Of a stretch of 64,000 nt of DNA, positions 63,355 to 64,000 are shown piece by piece. The notes beneath the pieces are model-generated. The model made no database searches and had not been told where the DNA came from. It saw nothing but the letters and a program-made list of their open reading frames with translations. The stretch spans positions 71,796,001-71,860,000 of the forward strand of contig NW_025963779.1 of assembly GCF_023055435.1 (NCBI RefSeq). The letters run 5' to 3'. A program made the position numbers and the translations under genes. Source of the DNA: Haliotis rufescens (taxonomy: Eukaryota). Each line of letters begins with the position of its first letter. The first letter of the stretch is position 1.

Positions 63355-64000
63355 AAACAAGCATGAAATACTCACATCCCCCGCCAATATGACATGTCGG
63401 GTGTGTGCAATGCATTAGCTCCTGTGAACTATGTTCACTGGGCCTTTTTGTAAAGAAATATAGTACGTTTTTCAAGATCTGCTCTGGAAACGAGGACTAC
63501 CTCCATTTTCAGTCTAAATCAAAGTTGTTGCCATGGAAACTCGAAAAATAACTTTTAAAAAAATCCAAAACTATCAAAAGGCACCAGTTCACCACTAGAC
63601 CTATCTATGTACCAAGTATGACGAAGAAATATAGTACGTTTTTCAAGATCTGCTCTGGAAACGAGGACTACCTCCATTTTCAGTCTAAATCAAAGTTGTT
63701 GCCATGGAAACTCGAAAAATAACTTTTAAAAAAATCCAAAACTATCAAAAGGCACCAGTTCACCACTAGACCTATCTATGTACCAAGTATGACGAAGAAA
63801 TATGGTACGGTTTTCAAGATCTGCTCCGGAAACGAGGACTACTGCCATTTTCTGTCTAAATCAAAGTTGTTGCCATGGAAACTCGAAAAATAACTTTTTT
63901 TTAAATCCCAAACTATCAAAAGGCACCAGTTCACCACTAGATCTATCTATGTTTGGTGAAGAAATATGGTACAGTTTTCAAGATCTGCTCCGGAAACGAT
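63355..64000 (+). mobile_element. Helentron-associated (HINE-like) element with internal 171-bp tandem array, running off the window
   Basis: AAACAAG start; units begin at 63455, 63626, 63797 and 63961; this architecture is known from mollusc satellite-bearing Helentrons (assignment is inferred). Confidence 0.6.

Overview
Eukaryotic (animal) genomic DNA, most likely a gastropod mollusc such as abalone; this is inferred from the SINE families and repeat landscape, not confirmed. The only host gene is an extracellular heparan-sulfate 6-O-endosulfatase (Sulf1/Sulf2 family) on the minus strand. I traced 12 coding exons by hand (16098 down to 907; 1,878 nt = 626 codons), all GT-AG and phase-consistent. 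They encode a signal peptide, the CCPSR formylglycine motif, a basic hydrophilic domain with an RSKR furin-type site, and a probable 21-nt microexon. The C-terminus lies left of the window. The ATG exon starts at a splice acceptor, so some or all of 16171-64000 is probably 5'-UTR intron. The rest is repeats: about one third minisatellites (which explain nearly all repetitive ORFs in the track), five SINE-like families (several copies with clean target-site duplications), a full-length DD34D mariner with one nonsense codon, a probable AcademH-type non-autonomous element with a RecQ Q-motif remnant, several MITEs, a Helentron-like 171-bp array and two N gaps. No prokaryotic-type system or CRISPR array is present. 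The best lead for something undescribed is a pseudoknot-forming 5' head, with in-window compensatory changes, on a non-tRNA retroposon family. A SINE strand bias and the microexon come next.
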